Assembly: GCA_016845585.1 (NCBI GenBank)
Contig: JAERSO010000149.1
Location: 42,872 to 106,871, forward strand
Direction of reading: 5' to 3'
DNA: 64,000 nt
Source of the DNA: Acidimicrobiaceae bacterium
Lineage (GTDB): Bacteria; Actinomycetota; Acidimicrobiia; Acidimicrobiales; Aldehydirespiratoraceae
Positions 1 through 8,372 of this stretch are shown here, piece by piece. Each line of letters opens with the position of its first letter. Positions within the stretch are counted from its first letter, which is position 1. The position numbers were made by a program, and so were the translations under genes. The notes below the pieces were generated by a model. That model was not told where the DNA came from and did no database searches. It was given only the letters and a program-made list of their open reading frames with translations.

Positions 1-48
1 AGATTCGCTGCAAGCGAACGGAGAAAAACTATCGGTGGAAAACACGAA

Positions 49-109
49 ATGGCCTCCGTTGGGGAGGCCATGGCGCACGTTCTTCCGATTTGAGGGCGTG
101 AACGTGCGC
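49..109 (+). other. Two adjacent perfect hairpins: 49-71 (9-bp stem ATGGCCTCC/GGAGGCCAT, 5-nt loop) and 73-109 (10-bp stem GCGCACGTTC/GAACGTGCGC, 17-nt loop)
   Basis: Inverted repeats read directly from the sequence. They lie in a non-coding leader about 90 nt upstream of the nadD-like CDS. Likely a terminator for an upstream gene outside the window, or a leader RNA structure. Confidence 0.45.
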
Positions 110-198
110 TAGCTGAGTCCTACGAGTACGAGGGCAAGGCGGGCGTTGTTCACGGCGCCAAGTATGACCGGCGTCTCACCACATGGCAACGTCTTTCC

Positions 199-729
199 GT
201 GGCAGGCGTCGGCGTGTACCCGGGATCGTTCAATCCACCGACGCTCGCGCATATCGAGATCGCGCTCGCGGTGGTCGAGCACCATGGCCTGGAGCGACTC
301 GACCTGGCTGTGTCGACAGTGGCGCTCGGCAAAGGCATCGTCGAGCGACCCCGATTCGAGGACCGCGTCTCCGTGATCCGCGAATCGGTCGATGCCCACC
401 CCGAGATCGAGGTCGTGGTCACCGAATCTCGTCTGATCGTCGACATCGCGAGCGAGTACGACGTCGTGGTCATGGGTGCCGACAAATGGCATCAGATCGG
501 CGAAGTCGAGTGGTACGCCGACTCAACAGCTCGCGACGCCGCCCTGGCCGCGCTCCCCCACCTCGCCCTCGTGCCGCGCCCGCCATTGCACGTGCCGGAC
601 GAGTACCGGGTGCCAGTACGCGAGGACATCCTCGAGATCTCGTCGTCCGCCGTCCGCGCCGGCCGCACCGAGTGGATGACCGAGGCCGCCAGAGCCTTCC
701 ACCACCGCACCGGCGCCTGGCAGTCCTGA
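199..729 (+). CDS. nadD: Cytidylyltransferase-superfamily nucleotidyltransferase, NadD-like (nicotinate/nicotinamide-nucleotide adenylyltransferase family)
   Basis: N-terminal YPGSFNPPTLAH matches the (H/T)xGH nucleotidyltransferase motif. GADKWHQIGEVEW and LALVPRPP blocks and the C-terminal ISSSAVR motif are typical of NadD/CoaD-type enzymes. Length 176 aa. Confidence 0.6.
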   Translation: MAGVGVYPGSFNPPTLAHIEIALAVVEHHGLERLDLAVSTVALGKGIVERPRFEDRVSVIRESVDAHPEIEVVVTESRLIVDIASEYDVVVMGADKWHQIGEVEWYADSTARDAALAALPHLALVPRPPLHVPDEYRVPVREDILEISSSAVRAGRTEWMTEAARAFHHRTGAWQS

Positions 730-770
730 GAAAGCACACTGGGGTCAGACCCCATCGTGCTTTCTGGCTA
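727..770. repeat. Intergenic palindromic repeat element, copy 1 (AGAAAGCAC-ACTGGGGTCAGACCCCATCG-TGCTTTCT)
   Basis: Nested imperfect palindrome immediately after the TGA stop of the nadD-like gene. It is the reverse complement (1 mismatch) of the element at 27205-27243. Confidence 0.7.
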
Positions 771-781
771 GGTTCGATGGG

Positions 782-1654
782 GTGAAGAATCCACAGTTCG
801 AGTATCACCGGCCTGCGTCGCTCGACGACGCGGTGAATCTGCTCGCGGAGCTCGACGACGACGCCAAGATCCTGGCCGGCGGACAGAGTCTGCTCCCGGT
901 CATGGCACTCCGCCTCGGCACCCCTCCCCACATCATCGACATCGGCGGGCTCGACGAGCTGGCATCGGTCGATGCCGGTACGGACGGCGTGACCATCGGA
1001 GCCACCGTTCGCCATCGACAAGCAGAGACGTCTGACGAGATCGCCCGCCACGCCCCACTCGTGGCCGCCGCGCTCCCCCATGTCGGGCACCGGGCCATCC
1101 GCACCCGCGGCACCGTCGTCGGCAGCATCGCCCATGCCGACCCTGCGGCCGAAATGCCGGCCGTGTGCCTGGCCTCCGGCGCCAGCATGGTTGCCCGGTC
1201 GGTGGACGGTGAACGAGAGATCGCAGCCGCCGACTTCTTCGAGGGCTACCTCACGACCGCCCTCGCCGACAACGAGATCCTCACCCACGTGCGTTTCCCG
1301 GGATGGTCGCCGACCGCCGGCGCTGCCGTGGTCGAGATCAGCCGTCGTCACGGTGACTACGCGCTCGCCGGAGTCGCCTGCACCATCGATGTTCAGGATG
1401 GCGCCATCGCCACCGCGGCCCTCTCCTTCCTCGGGATCAGCGGCACGCCCGTGCGGGTGGCCGAAGCGGAGCGATCACTCGCCGGCAAGAGCCCCGACGA
1501 GGCTGCCTTCTCAGCGGCCGCCGACATCGTGACCAGCTCAGTCGACCCCGGGAGCGACGTGCATGCCACCGCCAACTACCGCCGCCACATCGCCGGCGTC
1601 CTCACCCGCCGAGGGCTCGCCGAGGCCACCGCCACGATCGGAGTCCCGGCATGA
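782..1654 (+). CDS. coxM: Molybdopterin dehydrogenase FAD-binding (medium) subunit, CoxM/XdhB-like
   Basis: 290 aa. N-terminal FAD-binding fold (ILAGGQSLLP) and overall organisation match the CO-dehydrogenase/xanthine-dehydrogenase medium-subunit family. Its stop overlaps the start of the 2Fe-2S subunit gene. Confidence 0.8.
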   Translation: MKNPQFEYHRPASLDDAVNLLAELDDDAKILAGGQSLLPVMALRLGTPPHIIDIGGLDELASVDAGTDGVTIGATVRHRQAETSDEIARHAPLVAAALPHVGHRAIRTRGTVVGSIAHADPAAEMPAVCLASGASMVARSVDGEREIAAADFFEGYLTTALADNEILTHVRFPGWSPTAGAAVVEISRRHGDYALAGVACTIDVQDGAIATAALSFLGISGTPVRVAEAERSLAGKSPDEAAFSAAADIVTSSVDPGSDVHATANYRRHIAGVLTRRGLAEATATIGVPA

Positions 1655-2130
1655 GCCACTCGATCAACCTCACCGTCAACGAACAGGCCTACGCCCTCGA
1701 CGTCGAGGCCCGGCGATCACTCGCCGATGTGATTCGCGAGGACGTCGGCCTCACCGGCACCCACCTCGGTTGCGAGCACGGCGTCTGCGGTGCCTGCACG
1801 ATCCTGCTCGACGGTCAGCCGGCCCGTGCGTGTCTGATGCTCGCCGTACAGGCCGATGGCGACGAGATCGTCACCATCGAAGGTCTGGCCGATGGCGACG
1901 AGATGCACCCGGTCCAGAAGGCGATGTACGAGGCCATGAGCTTCCAGTGCGCGTTCTGCTCCCCCGGTTTCCTGATGAGCACGGTCGCCCTGCTCGAGGA
2001 GAATCCCAACCCGACCACGGACGAGATCCGCGAGGAGCTGTCGGGAAACCTGTGCCGCTGCACCGGGTATCAATCGATCGTCGACGGTGTCGAAACAGCT
2101 GTCCGGATCATGGGCGGAGGTGACGCCTGA
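1651..2130 (+). CDS. coxS: (2Fe-2S)-binding small subunit of a molybdenum hydroxylase, CoxS-like
   Basis: 159 aa. Plant-type ferredoxin cysteines (CEHGVCGACT) plus the second cluster motif (CAFCSPGF...CRCTGY). Confidence 0.88.
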   Translation: MSHSINLTVNEQAYALDVEARRSLADVIREDVGLTGTHLGCEHGVCGACTILLDGQPARACLMLAVQADGDEIVTIEGLADGDEMHPVQKAMYEAMSFQCAFCSPGFLMSTVALLEENPNPTTDEIREELSGNLCRCTGYQSIVDGVETAVRIMGGGDA

Positions 2131-4685
2131 TGGCCACTCAGACCTCCGGACTCGGGTTCGTCGGCCAGTCGGTCAAGCGGGTCGAGGACGAACGGTTCCT
2201 CCTCGGCAAGGGCCAGTTCGTGGCCGACGTGATGCCCGACGGCGTGCTTCACGCCGCATTCGTTCGCAGTCCCTTCCCGCACGCCACGATCACCGGCATC
2301 GACACCAGCGCCGCGGCAGCGCATCCCGGCGTCGTACGAGTGTTCACCGGGGCAGAGATCAATGAGCTGATCCAGCCCTTCGTGCCGCTCGCTCCACAGC
2401 CGGGGAGCTACACGCCGCTGTACAAGGCCATGGCCGACGAGAAGGCTCGTCACATCGGCGACCCTGTCGCCCTGATCGTTGCCGAGTCGCGCCACGTCGC
2501 CGAGGACGCAGCCGAACTCGTGGTCGTCGACTACGACATGCTCGACGGCATCGGCACCATGGACCGCGCGTTGGAGAGCGACGCACCCCGACTCTGGGAT
2601 CGCGCCGACGGCAACACCCTGAGCGACGCCACGAACACGTACGGGCCGATCGAGGAGGTCTTCGCCGCGGCCGACCGGGTCGTGTCGATCACCCTCGACA
2701 GCCACCGTCAGGCCAATCAGTCGATGGAGACCCGCGGTACGGTCGTCGAGGTCGACAAGGCCACCGGCCATCTCACGGTCCACAACACGTCGCAGGGCCC
2801 GCACGTGCTCAAGTGGGTGCTCGCCGCCCAGACCGTGACCCAGGGTCGCCTGAAGTCGATGTGGGCCTTCATCCGGAACAAGTCCCGGCGCAAGGCCTTC
2901 TTCGGTGCCGCCAAGGCCTTCCGCAAAGCCAACGCCGCTGACCTCAAGGGTCAGGACAACCGGGGCATGAAGGGCCAGCTGAAGAAGGACCGGTCCCTGC
3001 TCAAGTACATGGGTCGCATGGGTTTCGGCCTGCTGGCCAAGGACGACTACCCAACGGTCACCTCCGTCGACATCGGCGGCGGATTCGGTGCCAAGGGTCC
3101 GATCGCCCGTGAAGACGTGCCGGTCGCCGTTGCCGCCATGCAACTCGGCCGCAGTGTGCAGTGGATCGAGGACCGGGTCGAGAATCTGTCCGACGGAGGC
3201 CAGGCGCGCGAGGAACGCTTCCACGTCGAAGTGGCCGTCAACGACGATGGCACGATGAAGGGGCTTCGGGTCGACGCCTTGATCGACGGGGGCGCCTACC
3301 CGGCCTTCCCGTTCGGGTCGAACCTGATCGGCACGATGTGGAAGGTCTACATGCCAGGGCCCTACCACTTCGAGGCCTTCGAACTCAGGTCCCGGATCAT
3401 CGCCACCAACAAGGGACGCGTCGTGCCGTACCGCGGGCCGTGGGCGAACGAGACCTGGATGCGTGAACGCGCCATCGATGCGGTGGCCGCCGAGCTGGGC
3501 ATGGATCCTGCTGATCTCCGGGCCAAGAACATGATGACCGAGGAAGATGCTCCTGACGCCTTCATCACCGGCCCGTCGATCGATGAGACGATGTCGAGCC
3601 GCAAGACGTTCGACCGCGCGCTCGAACTGATCGACCGCGACGGGGTCACCCGTCTGAAAGCCGAAGCCGAATCCCGCAATCACCGCGCCGGACTCGGCAT
3701 CGCCACCTATCACGAGGCAGCACCCGGGCCGCCGAACTTCGCCGACTCCATGAGCAAAGGCTCGGGGATGCTGTTGAAGGAGGACGGTCGAGCCACGATC
3801 GAGGCCGATGGCAGGATCGTGATGTACACGTCACAGGTGCCTCACGGTCAGAGCCATCAGACGACGTACAAGCAGATCGTGGCCGACGAGTTCGGTGTTC
3901 CGATGGAGGACGTCGAGATCAACTGGGGCAACACCGACAAGTCCCAGTTCAGCTTCGTCGGCACCGGCGGCAGTCGCGGTGGTCCGCTCGGCGGCGGCGT
4001 GATGCGAGCGACCGCACGTGAGATCCGCGAGCAGGTCGACGAACTCGCCGCCGAGATGCTCGAAGCCGCCGTCGAGGACATCACCGTCGTGGACGGCAAC
4101 ATCCACGTGTCCGGGGCGCCGGCACAGGGCATCTCATACGCAGATGTCGCGGCGGAGGCGGCCAAGCGGGCCAGCGTGACGGCCGGACCGGTCTTCAACG
4201 TCGACCTCAAGTACGAAGGCGTCGGCAACGGCGGCTGGTCGTGTGCGACCCATGTGGCCATCGTCGACATCGACCTCGACACCGGTCAGGTCGCCATCCC
4301 GAAGTATCTCGTCGTCGAGGACTGCGGCCCCATCATCAACCCGGCCATCGTCGACGGTCAGGTGCGCGGTGGCGTGGCTCAGGGCATCGGTGCCGTGTTC
4401 TACGAGAAGGCGTTCTATGACGACGCCGCCAACCTGCTCACCACGACCTACATGGACTACCTGGTGCCGACCGCGATGGAGATCCCCGAGATCGAGATCG
4501 AACACATGGAGACGTTGACCGAGGGCGAGAACGACTTCCGCGGTGTCGGCGAAGGCGGCATGATCGGCGCCCCAGCGGTACTGACCAACGCGGTCAGCGA
4601 CGCCCTGGGCGTACAGGTCACCACCCAGTACCTCCCCCCGTCGACCATCCTCGAACTCGCCGGCGTCATCGACCCTGACTCGTAG
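2130..4685 (+). CDS. coxL: Xanthine-dehydrogenase-family molybdopterin-binding large subunit, CoxL-like. Atypical: carries a ~70-aa Lys/Arg-rich insertion before the GGGFGAK motif.
   Basis: 851 aa with GGGFGAKG and conserved C-terminal Mo-cofactor-binding blocks. The active-site loop reads VPYRGPW, which is neither the form-I AYXCSFR nor the form-II AYRGAGR signature. The basic insertion RNKSRRKAFFGAAKAFRKANAADLKGQDNRGMKGQLKKDRSLLKYMGRMGF maps to nt ~2870-3080. Confidence 0.8.
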   Translation: MATQTSGLGFVGQSVKRVEDERFLLGKGQFVADVMPDGVLHAAFVRSPFPHATITGIDTSAAAAHPGVVRVFTGAEINELIQPFVPLAPQPGSYTPLYKAMADEKARHIGDPVALIVAESRHVAEDAAELVVVDYDMLDGIGTMDRALESDAPRLWDRADGNTLSDATNTYGPIEEVFAAADRVVSITLDSHRQANQSMETRGTVVEVDKATGHLTVHNTSQGPHVLKWVLAAQTVTQGRLKSMWAFIRNKSRRKAFFGAAKAFRKANAADLKGQDNRGMKGQLKKDRSLLKYMGRMGFGLLAKDDYPTVTSVDIGGGFGAKGPIAREDVPVAVAAMQLGRSVQWIEDRVENLSDGGQAREERFHVEVAVNDDGTMKGLRVDALIDGGAYPAFPFGSNLIGTMWKVYMPGPYHFEAFELRSRIIATNKGRVVPYRGPWANETWMRERAIDAVAAELGMDPADLRAKNMMTEEDAPDAFITGPSIDETMSSRKTFDRALELIDRDGVTRLKAEAESRNHRAGLGIATYHEAAPGPPNFADSMSKGSGMLLKEDGRATIEADGRIVMYTSQVPHGQSHQTTYKQIVADEFGVPMEDVEINWGNTDKSQFSFVGTGGSRGGPLGGGVMRATAREIREQVDELAAEMLEAAVEDITVVDGNIHVSGAPAQGISYADVAAEAAKRASVTAGPVFNVDLKYEGVGNGGWSCATHVAIVDIDLDTGQVAIPKYLVVEDCGPIINPAIVDGQVRGGVAQGIGAVFYEKAFYDDAANLLTTTYMDYLVPTAMEIPEIEIEHMETLTEGENDFRGVGEGGMIGAPAVLTNAVSDALGVQVTTQYLPPSTILELAGVIDPDS

Positions 4686-4711
4686 GGACGCTGGGGACAG
4701 GTCAGAGGGCC

Positions 4712-5572
4712 TCAGACCTCGAGGGGGAGGTCCTGGTCGATCCAGTCGCGCAGCGAGCCGTCGTAGACGGTGACGTCCTCGTGGCCGAGCAGATGCAGGA
4801 TGAACGCGTCGCTGGTCGCCGCGATTCCGCCACCGCAGTAGGTGATGATCGGGCCCGACGTGGCACCGACGCCCTCGAACTCGGCGCGTAGGTCCTCCAG
4901 GGGCCGGTAGCACTGGGTCTCCGGATCGACCAGACCCGCAGCGGGGACATTCACGGCACCCGGGACGTGCCCGGGCTTGCCGTAGCCGGCATCGGTGCCG
5001 TTGTGGTTCTCGGGTGACAGTGAGTTGATGACGCATGTCGAGTGTCCGGCGATGGCTGCTTGAACACCGTCGCTGTCCGTGAAGATCGCCGGACGGGGGT
5101 GGGCCACGAGCCGCCCTGGTGGATGAATCGGGGCCGGGTCCGTGCTGACGGCGTTGCCACCTGCCGTCCATGCCTTCATGCCCCCGTCCAACACGAACGC
5201 GTTGTCGAACCCGATGGAGCGCAGCAGCCACCATGCTCTCGTGGCCCACATGTTGAACCGACTGTCGTAGAGCACGACCCGTGTGCCTTCCCCAATCCCG
5301 GCCGCGGCGAACGCTGCCGCGAGATCAGCCGCGGCCGGCGGCGTGAACCAGAGCTTCGCATCGGGATCACTCACCTCACCGACGAGGTCGAGCCGCCCGC
5401 TGCCAGGAATGTGGCCCTCGTTCCAGAGATCGACCGCCGTCGCGATCTCCACACCGCCTTCGCCATCAGACCTGATGTGGACGGTCGTGTCGAAGACGCG
5501 CAGGTCGGCGTCGTCGAGTTGTTCAGCGAGCCATGCGGCAGAGACGAGCGGAGAGGACGGTTCGGTGGCCAT
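4712..5572 (-). CDS. Two-domain rhodanese-family sulfurtransferase (thiosulfate/3-mercaptopyruvate sulfurtransferase-like)
   Basis: 286 aa with tandem rhodanese domains. Catalytic cysteine loop CGGGIAAT lies in the C-terminal domain. Confidence 0.8.
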   Translation of the reverse strand: MATEPSSPLVSAAWLAEQLDDADLRVFDTTVHIRSDGEGGVEIATAVDLWNEGHIPGSGRLDLVGEVSDPDAKLWFTPPAAADLAAAFAAAGIGEGTRVVLYDSRFNMWATRAWWLLRSIGFDNAFVLDGGMKAWTAGGNAVSTDPAPIHPPGRLVAHPRPAIFTDSDGVQAAIAGHSTCVINSLSPENHNGTDAGYGKPGHVPGAVNVPAAGLVDPETQCYRPLEDLRAEFEGVGATSGPIITYCGGGIAATSDAFILHLLGHEDVTVYDGSLRDWIDQDLPLEV

Positions 5573-5609
5573 GGGGAACGGTAGCGAGCCGACTCAGCCG
5601 ACTCCAGCG

Positions 5610-6893
5610 TCATGGAACGAAGATCGCGTTGTCCTCATAGTCGAAGCTCGTCCCATCGTCGTTCTCGAGCCTGGCGACGAGTTCGATTCTGGAGTTGAGG
5701 ATCGGCGGTCCGTCCTCGATGCCGGTGACGGTTACCACCAGCGTGCCGGCGTCGACCCATTCCACGATCGCTTCCGCCCCGGGGATCGGTGTCCGCTCGG
5801 CATCGGTGATCCCCACCCCGAGACCACCCGCACCCGACCACTTCACATCGACGGCGAAACCGCCCTCATCGAAGAAGAAGTTGGTGTCGGGATCACTGTT
5901 GACCTTGAACCGGGGGTTGTACCAGCGCAGATTCTCCAGCTGTGTGACGGCCTCCCCATCCCCCTCGACGACCATGGTGAACACATACGAACCGGTGACC
6001 GTGCTGCTGCACTGGATGTTGGTGCCCTTGGCGACCAGCTCATCGGCTTCGCTCGCGCCACCGGACCCGGCGCGGTCGCCATCGTCGTCGGACTGCTGAC
6101 CATCATCGCACTCGATTGCCGACTCGACCGATGGCCCAGTCTCAACCGGTGCCTCACTCTCAGCTGACCCTTCGTCGGAGGCGTCAGGGGAACTCGCCTC
6201 CGCATCCTCATCGACCGAATCGTCGGTCAGCGCTTCGTCGACGACCTCGGTCTGCGGCGTGCCAGACGTCGGCTCGTCACCACGACCGACGTAGAGCGCG
6301 CCTGCGACCACCACACCCACCGCCGCGGCCACACCGGCACGCTTGGCCCTCTTGCCCACCTTCGTCCGCGGGCTCGCCGCAACGTCGACCACGGGAGGCA
6401 GATCGAGCTTCCCTTCGTTCAGTTTGCCGCCGCTCACGATCGGCCCGAGAGCCTTGGCGACGGCTTCCTCCGGAGTGCCGACCATCTGCTCGGCAGCACC
6501 TTCGGCGGCGACCTCCTCTGGGGTGGAGCGCGACGTCACGATGACCCGACCGGTGGCCACATCCGTCTGGGTGACGTAGGCGTTCCAGACGATCTGGTCC
6601 TGACCACTCGCATCACGCTCGACCGAAGGGATCACCTCGATCTCGAGAATCGACGCTGCGTCGGGGGTCGACGCATCGCTGTTCTCACGCCGGGGCAAGG
6701 GCGTGCCGTCTTCGGCGACCCGCACCGACAGGGACGTCCGCGCGCCCACCTCCACAGGAGCATCCTTGCTACCGGCGAGCACGGCCTCGTGCTCGCCCGT
6801 TGATGTGAGCCCGAGGATCTTCAGGCCACCGTCCTGGGCTCCCTGACAGATCTTCTGCTCGGCGGCTCGATGTGCGGCGTTCGATGCGGTCAT
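5610..6893 (-). CDS. Hypothetical bitopic membrane protein: cytoplasmic N-domain, one TM helix, acidic low-complexity linker, C-terminal beta-rich extracytoplasmic domain
   Basis: Long ORF on the minus strand. ATG at 6893 (MTASNAAHR...) chosen as the start, inside the 441-aa ORF of the track. TM helix AGVAAAVGVVVAGALYV, then a D/E/S-rich linker. I recognise no family. Confidence 0.5.
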   Translation of the reverse strand: MTASNAAHRAAEQKICQGAQDGGLKILGLTSTGEHEAVLAGSKDAPVEVGARTSLSVRVAEDGTPLPRRENSDASTPDAASILEIEVIPSVERDASGQDQIVWNAYVTQTDVATGRVIVTSRSTPEEVAAEGAAEQMVGTPEEAVAKALGPIVSGGKLNEGKLDLPPVVDVAASPRTKVGKRAKRAGVAAAVGVVVAGALYVGRGDEPTSGTPQTEVVDEALTDDSVDEDAEASSPDASDEGSAESEAPVETGPSVESAIECDDGQQSDDDGDRAGSGGASEADELVAKGTNIQCSSTVTGSYVFTMVVEGDGEAVTQLENLRWYNPRFKVNSDPDTNFFFDEGGFAVDVKWSGAGGLGVGITDAERTPIPGAEAIVEWVDAGTLVVTVTGIEDGPPILNSRIELVARLENDDGTSFDYEDNAIFVP

Positions 6894-6995
6894 GGCCACC
6901 ACCCCCCCACATCGGCACCGTACCGCGACCACCACGGCCGCTGCCCGATCGAATCCGGTTGCATCGACTCTGTGCCGGCCCCCTAGCGTGGCCCG

Positions 6996-8324
6996 ATGCT
7001 CAGCGCCTTGCGGTCACGGTGGACAGATACCGACCGGGAGATTCTCCGTCTCGCCTTCCCCGCTCTCGGGGCCCTGACTGCCGAGCCCCTCTACGTTCTT
7101 GCCGACACCGCCGTTGTCGGCCATCTCGGCACCCCCCAACTCGGGGGCCTGGCACTGGCGTCGTCGCTCATCCTCATCGCGTTCGCGGTCTTCATCTTCC
7201 TCGCGTACGGCACGACCGCCGCCGTCGCTCGACTCCTAGGCGCCGGCGAGCACCGACAAGCCGCACACCAGGCGGTCCAGAGCATCTGGCTGGCCGCGCT
7301 GGTCGGCGTCGTCATCTCCATCGTCGGACTTCTGCTCGCCGAACCGCTGGTGGACATGATGGGTGGCGAGGGCGACGTTCGGAGGTTCGCCCTCACCTAC
7401 TTCCGGATCTCCATGGCCGGCATCCCGCCGATGCTGATGGGGCTCGCCGGCGTCGGCTACCTCCGCGGCCTCCAGGACACGAAGCGACCGTTCATCGTCG
7501 CCATCGTCACCGCCGTCTTCAACCTCGTCCTCGAACTCGTGTTGATCTACGGCCTCGACTACGGCATCGGCGCCTCAGCCCTATCGACCGTGATCGCCCA
7601 CTGGATCAGCGCCGGCATCTTTTGCTGGTGGATCGCCAACGCAGTCGCCGAACACGACATCAGCCTCCTCCCCGATCGCCGGACGATCACCAAGCTCGCC
7701 GGCGCCGGCTTCGATCTCCTCATGCGGACCACGGCAATGCGTGGCGGTCTCCTCATCACCCTTGCCGTCGCGGCTCGAATCGGCACCGACGATCTCGCAG
7801 CCCACGAGATCTCCTTCCAGATCTGGAGCGTGCTGGCCCTGAGCCTCGATGCTGTGGCAATCGCGGCGCAGGCGATGATCGGCCGAGCGCTGGGTTCGGG
7901 CGACGCAGACGTCGCCCGAGAACTCGGCCGCCGGATGATCCAATGGGGATGGTGGGCCGGTGTGCTGCTCGGCATCGTCGTCCTCGTCACGTCGCCGGTC
8001 ATCCCCGCCATCTTCTCCGACGACCCGGCCGTCACCGCGCTCACGGCGTTCCTGTTGATTCACGTCGCCCTCTGGCAACCCCTCAACGGGATCGTGTTCG
8101 CCCTCGACGGCATCCTCATCGGTGCCGGCGACCTGCGCTTCCTTGCCTACGCGATGTGGGTGGCGTCGATGGTGTTGGTGGGCGGCGCCTTCGGCGTGCT
8201 GTGGCTCAACCTCGGCATCGGCTGGCTCTGGGGCGCGATCGGTGCCTGGATGTTCGTCCGCGCCGCCACCCTGATGTGGCGCTTCTCGACCGAGTCATGG
8301 CAGATCACCGGCGCCGTCCGCTAA
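6996..8324 (+). CDS. MATE family efflux transporter (DinF/NorM-like)
   Basis: 442 aa, about 12 predicted TM helices. Internal duplication typical of the MATE fold. Divergent from the upstream membrane-protein gene. Confidence 0.8.
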   Translation: MLSALRSRWTDTDREILRLAFPALGALTAEPLYVLADTAVVGHLGTPQLGGLALASSLILIAFAVFIFLAYGTTAAVARLLGAGEHRQAAHQAVQSIWLAALVGVVISIVGLLLAEPLVDMMGGEGDVRRFALTYFRISMAGIPPMLMGLAGVGYLRGLQDTKRPFIVAIVTAVFNLVLELVLIYGLDYGIGASALSTVIAHWISAGIFCWWIANAVAEHDISLLPDRRTITKLAGAGFDLLMRTTAMRGGLLITLAVAARIGTDDLAAHEISFQIWSVLALSLDAVAIAAQAMIGRALGSGDADVARELGRRMIQWGWWAGVLLGIVVLVTSPVIPAIFSDDPAVTALTAFLLIHVALWQPLNGIVFALDGILIGAGDLRFLAYAMWVASMVLVGGAFGVLWLNLGIGWLWGAIGAWMFVRAATLMWRFSTESWQITGAVR

Positions 8325-8372
8325 CCCGCCGGTTCCTGGACGTCCTGTGGCCGTGTGACGACCACAGGACGA

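Noticed and set aside
2870-3080. Possible intein or mobile insertion inside CoxL
   Set aside because: The insertion is only ~70 aa, lacks intein blocks A/B/F/G and terminal Ser/Cys…HN residues, has the same GC content as its flanks and stays in frame. It is more likely a lineage-specific loop.
2070-3713. 547-aa ORF on the minus strand inside the CoxL-like gene, and many similar long antisense ORFs (e.g. 14843-16564 inside ligA, 37123-39510 inside sirA, 12060-13115 inside the kinase gene, 24341-25300, 25396-26739)
   Set aside because: In ~70% GC DNA stop codons are rare in non-coding frames. These ORFs have Arg/Pro/Gly-rich low-complexity translations with no recognisable motifs, and they overlap genes with clear family signatures on the other strand.
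6936-6995. GATCGAATCC, a tRNA T-loop-like motif in the intergenic region before the MATE gene
   Set aside because: No acceptor stem, D-arm or anticodon arm can be folded around it. It is a chance match.
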